Positions 25,321 through 38,405 of a stretch of 64,000 bases of DNA are shown here, one piece after another. Location of the stretch: contig OX597815.1 in the NCBI GenBank assembly GCA_951406725.2, forward strand, positions 161,820,001 through 161,884,000. Direction: 5' to 3'. The first letter of the stretch is position 1. Each line of letters starts with the position of its first letter. The notes under the pieces are model-generated. The model saw nothing but the letters and a program-made list of their open reading frames with translations. It ran no database searches and was not told the origin of the DNA. The position numbers and the translations under genes were made by a program. Origin of the DNA: Octopus vulgaris. Its lineage: Eukaryota.

Positions 25321-26243
25321 ATATATATATATATATCATCATCATCATCATCACCGTCGACATCATCATCATTTAATGTCGACTTTTCTATGTTCACATG
25401 GATTGAATGCAATTTGTTGAGGTAGATTTTTTCCATGGCTGGAAGCCTTCACTGTCAGCAATTCTTACTTCTTCCCAAGTAAGGAAATATTTCCTTTTGA
25501 CCAGATATGTCCCAGATGACTGGAAATGAAGAACACTATCTATAACTATCACCATGATATCAAGGCACAGGAGACAGTAACACAAACACACACACACACA
25601 CACACACACTATATGGCAGGCTTCTTTCAGTTTCTATCAACCAAATTCACTCACAAGGCTTTGGTTAGCCTGAGGCTATAGTAGAAGACACATGTCCAAG
25701 GTACCTAAAATGTATTTCAGAGGAAAGAACAAGATAACTGAAGGCACAACAAGGGGTAATCAGTGGAAAATATAGTGGATAAGGTTGATAATGTGTGATG
25801 AAGGACTTTAAAGTGGGGTAGTTCTGGAAGGAGAGGGAGGTAACTGGTGGCACTAAGAGGGAATAATATATGTGAAGATTCTGCTCTCATGTGCTTATGA
25901 CAACCAAATAGCGGCATAGTTAAAAGAGTAGAGACATGGGTGTCAGAAGTTTGAGAGATGGGGAAAGTTGACAGGAACAGCTTGGATTCAGGGGTAGGGT
26001 TCAGCATGTGTATAGATATAAACATAATGCTTATGTGTGTGTGTGTACACATACATAAATCTGTGTTTGTGTGTGTGTACACACATACATAAATATGTGC
26101 GTGTGTATTATATATACACAGACATGACAGAAATAAATAGACACCCCATAAAACTACGTTTTATGTTTATTCTAACTTGTAAAGATTTATCTTTTGTTAA
26201 TTCACATTTTTATGTTCCAGGTCCTATATGTGACTGTATAATC

Positions 26244-27627
26244 ATGTCATGCACAAAAGAAGCCTCGGAACTATCTGAATTTCAAAGAGGCCATATTATG
26301 GGTCATTCTAAAGGTGGACATAATCAGTGTAAAATTTCAGAAGACCTTGGGATCCCACTTTCTACAGTTAATATGGCAAATGTGCAATTCACCAGAGAGG
26401 GGAAGGAGTCCACATCACCTCACTCAGATCAACCAGGGCCCTATGACAGGACCCTTCTCTTTGTTAAGAAAAGTGTGGAGGATAGTTATCATTGCAAGGC
26501 CTCTGACATAGCAGAACAAGTTGATGTCAGTCCCAGAACAGCTGTCAGGTATCTCCATAAGCTTGGTTACCATAGCAGAGCAGCAAGAAGGAATCCACTT
26601 CTTCAACCAGCCAACATCAAGTGGAGAAAAGATTGGGCCAGTGAGAGGGTGGAGAGGCCACTAGCATTTTGAGACACTCTTTTACTCTTTTACTTGTTTC
26701 AGTCATTTGACTGCAGTCATGCCGGAGCACTGCCTTTTAGTTGAGCAAACCGACCCCAGGATTTATTCTTTGTAAGCCTAGTACTTATTCTATCAGTCTT
26801 TTTTGTCGAACCACTAAGTTACAAGGATGTAAACACACCAGCATCAGTTGTTAAGTGATGTTGGGGGGATAAACACAGACACACAAACTCACACATATAT
26901 ATACATATACATATATACGACGGGCTTCTTTCAATTTCCATCTACCAAATCCATTCACAAGGCTTTGGTCAGCCTGAGGCTATAGTAGAAGACACTTTGC
27001 CCAAGGTGCCATGCAGTGGGACTGAAACCCGGAACCATGTGGTTGGTAAGCAAGCTACTTACAACACAGCCACTCCTGAGCCCGGATTTGCTGTATTTTC
27101 TGACAGAGGTTGAATGTGGGTCTGGAGACTGTGTTCAAGAATTTGATGTGTAAAGATTGCAGCCATCAATGAAAACATCTGTGATGGTCTGGGGAGCAAT
27201 TAGGAGTGATGGTTGATCAGAGCTTGTAGAGTGTGTGGGAAACATAAACTCAGATAAATATGTGCCCATATTGCTGAAAGGACTCCTTCCAATCTTCTCC
27301 AGTGGTGAAATAATTAAAGAAGACTCTTTATTTATGGAAGATGGAGCTCCTTGTCACATGGCTAAAATGACCCAAGAATTGTTGGATGAGAATGGCATTA
27401 AAAAGCTTCCATGGCCAAGCCAGTCACCAGATATGAACCCTATTGAAAACCTCTGTGACATAATGGATAGGACACTTCATAAAAAGAACAAGAAAGCATC
27501 TTCAAAGCCATACCTTTTTGAGAACTTGGCAAGAAACTCTGCAAGAGAATATTCATCATCTGGCTAGTAACATACCTAATAGGGTCCTTGTATGGAAAAA
27601 TGCAAAGGGCATGTCTACTAAATATTA
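26244..27627 (+). pseudogene. Disrupted Tc1 transposase
   Basis: [57 protein letters not shown]. Confidence 0.9.
26676..27082 (-). mobile_element. SINE family A nested in the Tc1 transposase
   Basis: Family consensus. Confidence 0.9.
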
Positions 27628-27801
27628 AATAGTCACATTATTAACAATTAATAAAAAATTTCAATGTATAATTTCAGATTTAAATAAATTCTAATGATTA
27701 TAAGGGTGTCTATTTACTTCTGTTATGTCTGTGTACATATATATAATTATAAATAGAGAAATATAGAATGATGAAATTTATTTTATCAATGGATATTCAT
27801 A

Positions 27802-27952
27802 TTTAGCAACAATTGTTTCATAGCTTAACAAACATGTATAAATAATTCATTTTATTATATTTTATAATAAATGATAAATTACTTTTATGTCTGGATTAAT
27901 ATATATAAAAATTTAAATTAATGCAGATATTAAACTTGCTCGTCAGGTTAAA
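27802..27952 (-). ncRNA. Hammerhead-like motif with a very long AT-rich stem II insert
   Basis: Minus strand TTTAAC-CTGACGA-GC...(~115 nt)...GCTAT-GAAA-CAATTG-TT-GCTAAA; palindromic stem III, one stem I mismatch. Confidence 0.55.
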
Positions 27953-28109
27953 AGAATTCCATTTTTAAAATTATATCACAACATAGCATTTCAAAATATG
28001 GAAAGTTAATTTCCAAAAGCATTAAGAAACAAGAAAGATTAAATTAATTGAGACAGAAGAGAAGCTGTGTTAATACCAAAATGCAATCTTATCCAACTTA
28101 ACATGGATG

Positions 28110-28893
28110 TTTTTCCGGGTTCAGTCACACTGCGTGGCATCTTGGGCAAGTGTCTTCTGCTATAGCCTCAGGCCAACCAAAGCCTTGTGAGTGGATTTGG
28201 TAGACGGAAACTGAAAGAAGCCTGTCGTATATATGTATATATATATATGAGGCAAGTGAGGATCAGAATCGAAATCGATCAATGGAAATCGATCAATGGA
28301 AATTGCAGATGTGTTACCAGTGCCGGTGGCATGTAAGAGAACCTTCCGTTTCGCGACCGTTGCCAGCACCGCCCCGTTTCGTGTCCGTTGCCAGCCTCGC
28401 CTGGCCCTCGTGCCGGTGGCACATAAAAAGCACCATCTGTTCATGGCCGTTTGCCAGCTCTGTCTGGCACCTGTGCGGGTGGCACATAAAAAGCACCCAC
28501 TACACTCTCGGAGTGGTTGGCGTTAGGAAGGGTATCCAGCCGTAGAAACACTGCCAGATTTGACTGGGCCTGATGAAGCCTTCTGGCTTCACAGACCCCA
28601 GTAGAACCGTCCAACCCATGCTAGCATGGAAAACGGACGCTAAACGATGATGATGATGATGATGATGTATGTGTGTGTATATGTTTGTGTGTCTGTGTTT
28701 GTCCCTCTAGCATTGCTTGACAACCGATGCTGGTGTGTTTACGTCCCCGTCACTTAGCGGTTCGGCAAAAGAGAACGATAGAATAAGTACTGGGCTTACA
28801 AAGAATAAGTCCCGGGGTTGATTTGCTCGACTAAAGGCGGTGCTCCAGCATGGCTGCAGTCAAATGACTGAAACAAGTAAAAGAGTAAAGAGT
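28110..28893 (+). mobile_element. SINE family A carrying a family B (RTE 3'UTR) insertion (28248-28667) in its internal TA tract
   Basis: SINE halves flank the GGCGTTAGGAAGGG...AAACGATGATGATG block. Confidence 0.88.
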
Positions 28894-28994
28894 ATATGTA
28901 TGTATGTATGTATATGTATGTATATATGTATATGTATATGTGTGTGTATATATATATATGTGTGTGCATGTGTGTGAGTGTGTGTGTGCATGCA

Positions 28995-29029
<35 letters not shown>

Positions 29030-29768
29030 GGACCTTGCTTGGCCCAGCTTGAGATTTGAAACCAAACCCACCTGCCTGTTGCTGACCAAAACAAGCTGGG
29101 AAATCCTTTGTTTAAATCTTCACACCAGATGATTGATGGTAAATACTTGACTCCCAAGGACTTGTGCTGGTCAAGGAAAGGTCAGTCCTTTGTTTAAGGT
29201 TTGACCTACATTACTGACCATAGTCCATATAACAGAGACCATTTCCTATCTCTTTCTCTTTTTGTGCCAGCCAGACCAAGGAGCAACACCCTCTTTTGCA
29301 TCAGCCATAACCAAGAGCAGCACTTCCCTTTGCCCTTCGATTGACATCAAAGAGAAGAAAGACAATGCCACCTTTATCCTTTCTTCCTTTCTAGTCAGCA
29401 CCATGCATTCTTTACTCTTTCACACTCTTCTGACAGACAGCAACTTCTACACTATCAACTACTAAATAGCAAGTGAACTTGTTGTCACTGCCACTACAAT
29501 TACTGCTGTATCTCTAACTACCTGTTGGGCAAACGAATAAATATATGTAAAAAATATTTCTTCCTTCTTGGTGCTGATTCTTCGATGTTTACTGGTTACT
29601 CCAATGTGAGAACCTTCAATGTTACATGTACACGCTATATTTGGTAGTCGATTACATCATATCGATGTGATATGGCACGTCACTTCAGCCCGCTACATAT
29701 ATATACACACATACATTATATATATATATATATGTACATATATATACACACACACACACACACATATA

Positions 29769-30520
29769 CAGGTGTTCGACAATATAATAGAAACACCTTA
29801 AAATTTCAAACAAATTTATTTTAATATGGGGTAGGACTGCCTTTGGTAGTAATTACAGCTTGAATTCTATGAGGTATGGACTTGTACAAAGTTTGAATTG
29901 TTTCCAAAGGAAACAATTCAGCTAAAGTCCATTCAGCTAAAACAGTCTCCAGTTCTTGTTGTGATGATGGTGGAGGATATGAACTGTTTACTTGTTTTTC
30001 TAAAATGCACCATAAATGTTCAATAATATTGAAATCTGGGGTCTGTGGTGGCCAGATAAGATGTTCAACTTCACTAGAATGTTCTTCGTACCATTCAGTA
30101 ACAACTTTAGCTGTATAAATTGGTGCATTATCATCCTGAAAGATTGTGCTTCCTTCCGGAAACATTCTGCAACCATAGGATGAATTTGATCAGATAAAAT
30201 GCTTAAATAGTTTTGACTGTTAATTCTGCCATGAAGGGAAACCATTGGGCTGGAAGATTTCCAAGATATAGACCCCCCTCTCCTCCCCCAGATCATCACA
30301 GATCCTCCTTCATGTTTAACAGTTGGAAGAAGGCAGTCTGGGTCAAATGCTTCTTCTGGCTGTCTCCACAAGTATAATCAGCTGGTGGTTGGAAATAAGG
30401 TAAAATGACTCATCAAAGAAAATAACATTCTTCCACTGCTCTAGGGACCAATTCTGTAGGTTTTTACTCCACTCTAAATGCTCTGCAACGTTTGTTTTTG
30501 AAAATAGTGGTTTTCTGATT
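29769..30520 (-). mobile_element. 3' half of a Tc1 (DD34E) transposon
   Basis: EQWKNVIFFDES, TVKHEGGSVMIWG, FQDDNAPIY, WPPQTPDFNIIEHLW, GSPTPY*; TIR CAGGTGTTCGACAATATAATAGAAACACC after TA. Confidence 0.9.
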
Positions 30521-30524
30521 GCAG

Positions 30525-31772
30525 AATTTAAAGTGGAGGAAAGAATACAAGGATGTCAAAATTTCTATAGATAGACGTATGTGATAGGTTATGGATGCGT
30601 GTAAGCATGCATGTGTATGTATATGTGTATATGTATACGTATGTATATATACATATATATAAGTATGTACATATGTATATGTATATATGCATATATGCAC
30701 ATGTAAATGTACGTGGGTGCGAGTGTACATATGTCATTATACCTTCTTTCCTCCTCTCTGATTCCTACTTATCACACTAACCTATAACATATGTCTGGCA
30801 TCCTTGTAGTCTTCCCTCCACTTTAAATTTTACTACTAAAACTACTACTTACTTTGGTATCACCCCACCCATTCTTTTTCTCTATGCATCCCTTAATACA
30901 GCCCTATCATATCACCCCTACCCACATATCTCATACTTATTCACTTCTTACCTTCTCATCTCTTCTTATCTACCTCTCCCCCACTCCTCTCCCATCCTCC
31001 GCTCACATTATCTTGACCACCAACTAACACTCCCTTTCTCACCTCTGTCACCCTTTCTTCGTTATTTCTTTTTTTTCACTCTTTTCACTGTTTTCCCCTC
31101 TCTCCCTCTTCTCTTCTTCCTCTTTTTATTATTATTACTATTCTATCCTTTTTCTTTTTTCTCTCTTTCTTCTCCTCAGTTTTGCTTCCTCTCTTCATTT
31201 TGACCTATCTCCTCATTCTAATCATACACATCTCCCCTCCATCTATCCACCAACACTACCAATACATTCTCAATTCTTCATTCACACCACAAAACCCCTT
31301 TGAATAGGCAACACAGAATCCATGGTTCCATACTTAGAAATGACTAAACATGAACTACATGTGCAGGAAACTTTTTTACCACTTCTATACACCACTTTAC
31401 TTGAATAATGGAACTGCAACTACCGTATTTTATATGTTATATCTACTTTCATTCTCTTATTTCTCTCTATTTTCCCTATCTCCTCCTTTTCCATTTATCT
31501 CTCTCACATTGTCTCTGATGATGGGATATCCATAATATCCCAGAAACAGCTGTAAGACTATATCTCTTTCCTTATAAATGTCCTGAAAACTCCTCACAGC
31601 TTTGGCTTTGTTATCTGTTTTTGTTTAATATATATGCAGGTTAATACAAGACACTCATTAAACTCCTCACTCATATCATGATCAAACCAAGAGTTTAACT
31701 ATGGTCTGTCCTTAGCACTTACTTAACGTTACCTGCCACTCTTTGGGTCTTCTAGATACCAATACCTTAACT
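30525..31772 (+). mobile_element. Penelope 3'UTR/pLTR-like element with inverted 5' piece, pyrimidine-rich body and HHR
   Basis: 30525-30590 is an inverted copy of 30779-30830; HHR at 31511-31558; homologous to 23590-24150. Confidence 0.65.
31511..31558 (+). ncRNA. Minimal type I hammerhead ribozyme, intact core
   Basis: GTCT-CTGATGA-TGGGATA(TCCATAA)TATCCCA-GAAA-CAGCTG-TA-AGAC; palindromic stem III; GUA site. Confidence 0.88.
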
Positions 31773-32819
31773 ATATATGTGTGTGTATGTGTGTCTAAGT
31801 GTATCTACGTGTGTCTATGTGTGTATGTGTCCCTTTGAATTGGCATTGGCTTTAGCAAAACCCACTTTTATTTGAGGATTCTGACCAGTCTGCTAATCTA
31901 AACATAGCACAAAATATAGAACTAACAACATATGATTCATAGTTTCTTCCTCACGTTCTCCACTCAACAGTCTTGGAGCTTAAGCAAATATTATGAGCAC
32001 TGATTTTCCTCCTCTCCCTGAGGCATGCACAAACAGACAAAAGAAAAAAACAAACAAACTAAATATACAATTACATCTGGTAAGTGTTCAACTATGCATA
32101 TGAGAATGTATATAAGATTATATACATTTGATATATAAATACATATATGGTAAACTCAATATTACATGATGCATTATGAAAGAGAGCAATGTTTTATTAT
32201 TCAACATGATATTAAACCACATTGTTTTATTCATAACAAATAATAGGATGTTATAATTAATGCACAGCACCACATAAAAGTATGGCATACATAATCATAT
32301 ATGCCAACCTCTATGGATTTATGCTTAAACAGTTCACAGTGTATGCTCATGAGCCATTTTCTAGGCTCTGGTTTAAATCATTTCATTTCATTTCATTTAC
32401 TTCACTATTGCATTTGAAAAGGTATGACATCACAAATCTCCTCAATTAACTTTGCTGATGGTTGAATATAATCACTAATCAGTCAGGATACTGCACATAT
32501 ATTAAGTCAAGCATGAAGACATTTCTTCAGTTATTAACCATTTATCACATTTGTATGAGTTACGTTTCTGAATGGCGTTGTTATGTAACATGCTTATAGT
32601 ATCATTTTACCATTGTGATATTCCATGTGATATTCTCCAGTCAGATTTACTAAGCTGAGATATCTTTTATCTTTTACTTGTATTGGTCATTAGACTGTGG
32701 CCATGCTGGAGCACTGCCTTGAAGAATTTTAGTACTTTATTTTTTCTTTAAGCACTCCCACCTGACTCTTTATTATTTTTTATATTCTTTTTTTTTAACC
32801 TGATGCTTATTCTATTGTG

Positions 32820-33223
32820 ATGGCATGCATCCTAGTGGTTAGGCTGTGTTGAGTCTGAGGCCATGTGGGAAGATGAATGGTGGCATAATGTTGCCATCAC
32901 CAATGATCACTCAAAACACCATGATGTTGACTGGATGTTTGATTTTTATTACTCTTGGTACATGTTTTAGGGACACAGCAAGGCAACGGTTGTTCTGTGT
33001 TTTCACCATCTGTTCATATTGGAGCTTCTGGCATGAATGCCAAGCAGTACAGCATGGCATTTCCAAATTTCTCACAGAGTGAATTGCGTCATGGTGCTGT
33101 TTTTCTCACAGATGGTGCCCAACTGACCCTACTATACTGTGTAGTCAACAAAATCAAAAACAAACAATGCGCATATGCAAAATTCAAAATATAAAATGGT
33201 GACAATTTACCCATTGCATCCTG
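32820..33223 (-). mobile_element. Second deleted copy of the maT/DD37D-type element
   Basis: Homologous to 21960-22310 including the terminal repeat. Confidence 0.8.
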
Positions 33224-33474
33224 TATATACTAGTGGGACCTGTGGAATGAAAAAGATTAAGAGAAGCTATTTAAGAAAGGATAATTTGCAATTTTATTTC
33301 TATTTTGCTAAGTTATTTTACTTCCAGTCACAATAATATATTATATTTTGAAATTTCCCTCTGCTAAGCACTTTTCCTCTTTTCATTTTTCTCTTTAACA
33401 TTTTTCTCTTTCTCTTCATCTCTCACTTCCACTAACTACATGAGTGACAGCATAACACATCAGCTAGCTATCTA

Positions 33475-33517
<43 letters not shown>

Positions 33518-34239
33518 TCTCTCTCGCTCGCTCTTTCTCTCTCTCACCCCATCTCCTCTTCCTCTCTAACAAACTAAAATGTAAAGTGTGAACAAACAGG
33601 TAGAAGAATAATATCACAAATTTAGTTCAATTAAAAAAAAAAATACTTTTCACTATCAACACACCACCAGTACCAACACTATAATTATCATCATTATAGC
33701 TTCCAGTAAAGTTCATTTCATTTCAGTTCAGCTGTTTGTTTATATCTACATGTTCTTATTGCTCCCTAACAGTCTTTCCCAATCTACCTTTCTTTAACCT
33801 CACCACAAGAACATCACCCTCTACTAAATATTATATCCTAAACATATCTCATTCTCTTTATATTTCCTTTCCCACCCTACAGCATGTCGTTAACACTTCC
33901 ATCTCCTTCTTTTCTCTTGCTCTTTGCCTCTCCCTTCAACTAACCACATTTGTCCTTATACATCTTTCTCTACTTCTTCCTCACTACTTTCTCCTCTACT
34001 CATATCCCCCCTCTCTCTCACTTTTACTCTGCCTCTCTAACTAATCATGAGTGAATAAACAAGCAGATTATTATATAGATATATAAAGAAAGATATGTAT
34101 ATATATATATATATATATATATTCTTTTATTCTTTTACTTGTTTGTCATTTGACTGTGGCAGTGCTGGAGCACCACCTTAATTAAAAAATATGGAATGTT
34201 TCACAAATTTACATGTCATAAATATATAAAGGGTAAAAA

Positions 34240-34570
34240 CTCCCTTCAGTCATAAAAGACCATGGGATTGCACCTAAAATGTTCCCTGCTATGGCATAAC
34301 TCTGGGCAAAGTTATTTGTGGAAAACCAGCAGTTGCCCATGTATACCAGCCTTCTGTCTCCATGCCACCAATGTTATCCAAGGGAAAGGCAAAGACCAAT
34401 ACAGTTTGGCATCAGTAATGTTGCAACTCATTTCTACAACTCAGTGAACCGGAGCAATGTAAAATGAAGTCTCTTGTTTGTGAACACACAACACACAGCC
34501 CGGTCCAGGAATTGAACTCACAACCTTACAATTGTAAGCTTGACTCTCTAACCACTGAGCCATGAGCTTA
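34240..34570 (-). mobile_element. SINE family C
   Basis: Reverse complement of 13720-14057. Confidence 0.8.
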
Positions 34571-34681
34571 CATAAAGAAATAACAGGGATTCAAAGAAAC
34601 AGATTTCACATTAACCTCTCAGCCATTCTTGTTAGACACTTGTCGGAGTGTGTGTGTATATATATGTATATATATATATAT

Positions 34682-35067
34682 GGGGGAAGCACTCCGTCGG
34701 TTACGACGACGAGGGTTCCGGTTGATCCGAATCAACGGAACAGCCTGCTCGTGAAATTAACGTGTAAGTGGCTGAGCACTCCACAGACACGTGTACCCTT
34801 AACGTAGTTCTAGGGGATATTCAGCATGACACAGAGAGTGACAAGGCTGGCCCTTTGAAATACAGGTACAACAGAAACAGGAAGTAAGAGTGAGAGAGAG
34901 TTGTGGTGAAAGAGTACAGTAGGGATCGCCACCTCCCCCTGCCGGAGCCTCATGGAGCTTTAGGTGTTTTCGCTCAATAAACACTCACAACGCCCGGTCT
35001 GGGAATCAAAACCGAGATCCTACGACCGCGAGTCCGCTGCCCTAACCACTGGGCCATTGCGCCTCCA
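34682..35067 (-). mobile_element. tRNA(Arg)-like SINE, longer variant of family D
   Basis: Head GGAGGCGCAATGGCCCAGTGGTTAGGGCAGCGGACTCGCGGTCG; body shares blocks with 12671-12974, different tail. Confidence 0.85.
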
Positions 35068-35549
35068 TATATATATATATATATATATAACACACATACA
35101 CACACACATATATATAATACATACACATATTTTTATATCTCACCTTTTGATCTAATCAAAAAAACTATATTTAATAGTGCTTTAAAAGGTTATTTCAGTA
35201 CATTTTCTGCTAAAAAAAGTAAAGTACATGTTCTATTTGACACTTTTCCAATCATAAGATTGTATTGATTTTTATTCTCTTTTTATTTTTTTCGAATAAC
35301 ATCTAAAAATTTTACCCAGTTATAGTTGATTGCTTTTTGTGGCAAAAGAAAATAAGAAATTTATTTAAATAATATTTAGATTTGGTCTTTCTAATTTACA
35401 CTTACTTTTTTGCAGGTGGTTTTGGTTTGGTTATATTTTTAATGCAATCTCCTTTTCTCCTTAGCAGCTGCGATTTGTTAATTGGTCAGATTTACTGCTA
35501 AACAATCTTTTTTTGTGGCACCAACTCAACCATAAACTAAGAAAATTAA

Positions 35550-37023
35550 GGAAGTTGTTACAGATCTTGATCAAGAACAAGGATCACTTTGCACTAATGA
35601 AGTATAAACAACTGACTCAACACTATAGTAAACTACCACACATGTAAGGTCTCCTTAAGATTCACAAGGATGGTATTCCATTAAGACCTATAGTGAGCTG
35701 TAGAGGAGGTTCAGCATGTCATCCACTGAGCCACTTCCTTGTGGATATAATCAGTCCATTAGCAGGAAAGTCAACATCGTATGTGAAGAATACTCCCGCT
35801 GAATCCAACCAGATGGTGAATCGAGATGTGATAAGTCCGTTCACCAAAATCCCAACTGATGAAGCACTACCAGTGATTAAAAAAAATAGCGACAGACACC
35901 CATCTAAAAGAACGCACTCGTATACCAATAAGAAACTCGTTGGAAATGTTGACCTTCTGTGTAGAAACTATCTATTTCAGTATGGACACTGACATATATC
36001 AACAAGAAGAGGGTTTAGCTATGGGTTCACCATTATCACCGACAATAGCCAATATATACATGGAATACTTTGAGAATTTGACTTTAGGATCAACACTAAT
36101 AAAACCAACCCTATGGCTGTGATATGTTGACGACACCTTTACTCTCTAGCCTCACCAGGAAGATGTTCAAGTACTGTTAGATCATGTGAACTCAATAAAC
36201 CCATCCATACAGTTCACAATGGAAAAGGAAAAAGACAATCAGCTAGCATTCCTGGACGTATTAATAACACGCACTAAGTATGGATTCAGGACATCTGTAT
36301 ACCGCAAGCTGACCTTCACTGGACAATACCTTAACTTCAATTCCCACCATCCATACAGTGTAAAGAGAGGAAATGCTCAGTGCCTAAAACATCAAGCATA
36401 GAATATAAGTAGCAATCATGATACCCACCACAAAGAAATGATCAAGCTCAGTAACAATCTATTAAGCAAAAACTACCCCAAAACTACTATCTACTCCAAT
36501 TATGAAGAAAAGAGAGGCTGTAACCAATAAACTGTCTACAGTCTGTCTACCCTATGTGAAAGGCCTCTCTGAAAAGATACAAAAGATATGTGGCCCATAT
36601 GACATCAGGACAGTATTCAAAAATAATACAACACTTTGCAAATATCTCCTTCAGGTAAAACCACCAATAGAAGAGAATATGACCAAAAACTACATGTATT
36701 CCATCCCATGCAGCTGTAGTAGGTTATACAAAGGCGAAACATGCTGCTCCCTCAAAATAAGGGTAGAGGAACATTGCAAAGCTGTGACACTAGGAGATAT
36801 TGATAGATCGAGTATAGCTGATCATGTATGGAAAAATGGAGACCACCTTCCCCTTGTAGGATGAAGTTAAAATAATAGACAGAAAACGCCACTGGAAAAT
36901 ACAAAACTAAAAAAAGCAGCACATATGCTTGGACACAACAACCTCCTAAGCAGACTGAGTGCAGATATGAATAGCGTATGGGAACTGGCATTAAGGAAGG
37001 ATAGGAAAATATTAGTTTTATAA
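35550..37023 (+). pseudogene. Decayed PLE RT + GIY-YIG endonuclease
   Basis: KIHKDGIPLRPIVS, GLAMGSPLSPTIANIYME, YVDDTF, FTMEKEKDNQLAFLDV, YLNFNSHHP, LPYVKGLSEKI, MYSIPCSCSRLYKGET..RVEEH. Confidence 0.92.
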
Positions 37024-37051
37024 GCCCTAAAATCACTCCATAATTGTCTAC

Positions 37052-37130
37052 GGGCATATGGCATAGTGGTTAAGAGCACGGGCTACTAACCCCAAACCCA
37101 AAATTCCGAGTTCAATTCCAGGCAGTGACC
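37052..37130 (+). promoter_or_regulatory. tRNA-like sequence with Pol III box A/box B (not a functional tRNA)
   Basis: TGGCATAGTGG (37059-37069), GGG-CTACTAA-CCC arm, GAGTTCAATTCC (37108-37119). Confidence 0.7.
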
Positions 37131-37204
37131 TGAATAATAATAAGAAGAACAACAACAACAACAAATACCTTAGGAATGAGAACCCAGGTTCGAAATTTTC
37201 CCAA

Positions 37205-37250
37205 GACACCTGATGAAGACTGGAGGGTATATCAGCCGAAATGTTGTGTT
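37205..37250 (+). ncRNA. Minimal hammerhead ribozyme in the PLE 3' region
   Basis: GACAC-CTGATGA-A-GACTG(10 nt)CAGCC-GAAA-TG-TT-GTGTT; one stem II mismatch; stem III TG is probably CpG-decayed CG. Confidence 0.72.
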
Positions 37251-37764
37251 AACAACAAACAAGATGAGGATAAGTATCCGTCAAATGTAAATAATGTAAA
37301 TAATGTACTCAATTGCTTATGTATCATATATTGTAAGGTTTCTGTCTGTGAAAGTTGACCATTATTTTCACATTGTATGAGCAGGCCTCAGCAAGATATT
37401 TTGAGAAACACTGGCAGTTCCTCAAACATTCAAGTCTTCCCCTTCTCCACACCATTTCAGGGAATGACCACCTTCTTGGGCCAGTACAACTTGGCATCAG
37501 TGACATTGCAAAAGTTTCTATCAGAATGCATTAAGCCAAACGAGAGATACCAAAAAGCATTTTTGCCTGAGCATCTAAAATTTCCATCTATCTGCAGCCC
37601 GGGATTGGTATATTTTAATCAACCCTGAAAAGAAGATGGAAGGCAAAGTTGACCTCCTTAGGATTTGAACTCAGTCCACAAAGCATTGGAGCAAATATCG
37701 TGAGGCACTCAATCCAAAGCTCTATCAACTCTGCTAGATTCTGCCTTGTATCATATATTACATT

Positions 37765-38190
37765 ACTCACATATAGTAAATTACATAAGTCTGTTGTTAG
37801 ATCTACATTGTGCTTATCTAATTCCTTTAATGTTTCTGCTGCTATTTCATTCACGGCAGTTGCTTTTCCATTTTCACTGACATTGTTGCCTTCCAACTTC
37901 TTTTAAGATTTTACTTCCATTAACAGCTTCAAAATTAAGCAAATATTGTCTGTTCTCAACATAGAAGAGTTCTTTTATGTATTCAACCTATCACAATACA
38001 TTCAGTTCCTCATCAAACAGTATTTTCCTATTTTTGTCCTTAATGTAGCCAATTTGTTCCTTCATGCCTTTTGTGTTTGTGATTTCGTTATTTTATCATA
38101 AATTTCTTTGGATTTATTCTGGTTATTAAGTTTTGCCCCTTCTTAGCTTTGAACGTCCAGTTATTTGGCTTTTGAATCTCATTGCTCTAG
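37765..38190 (-). pseudogene. Old RTE LINE fragment (endonuclease-RT linker)
   Basis: SKEIYDKI..GYIKDKNRKILFDEE..VEYIKELF..NGKATAVNEIAAETLKELD..LTTDLCNLLY. Confidence 0.75.
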
Positions 38191-38405
38191 CCCTAAATTT
38201 TCTGCTCTTTTTTTTTTTTACCAATACATACATATATGACATCAGCAAAACTAACGCAAATATTTGATGTTGTCTGTTTATCTCTCCCTAGCTCCCACTC
38301 ATAACAAACACACACACACATATATATATATTGATAGAAAATGGTAAGACAACAACAGAATGAAAGAGACTTCAAAATTATGTAAATAGAGGAATTTATC
38401 TGTAA

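Larger units (their letters stand above)
26117..27733 (+). mobile_element. Tc1 (DD34E) transposon with 30-bp TIRs and TA TSD, interrupted by a SINE
   Basis: TIR CACAGACATGACAGAAATAAATAGACACCC / GGGTGTCTATTTACTTCTGTTATGTCTGTG. Confidence 0.93.
35525..37306 (+). mobile_element. 5'-truncated Penelope-like element (Penelope/Poseidon type) with 3' tRNA-like + HHR module
   Basis: RT and C-terminal GIY-YIG remnants followed by a pLTR-like region. Confidence 0.88.
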
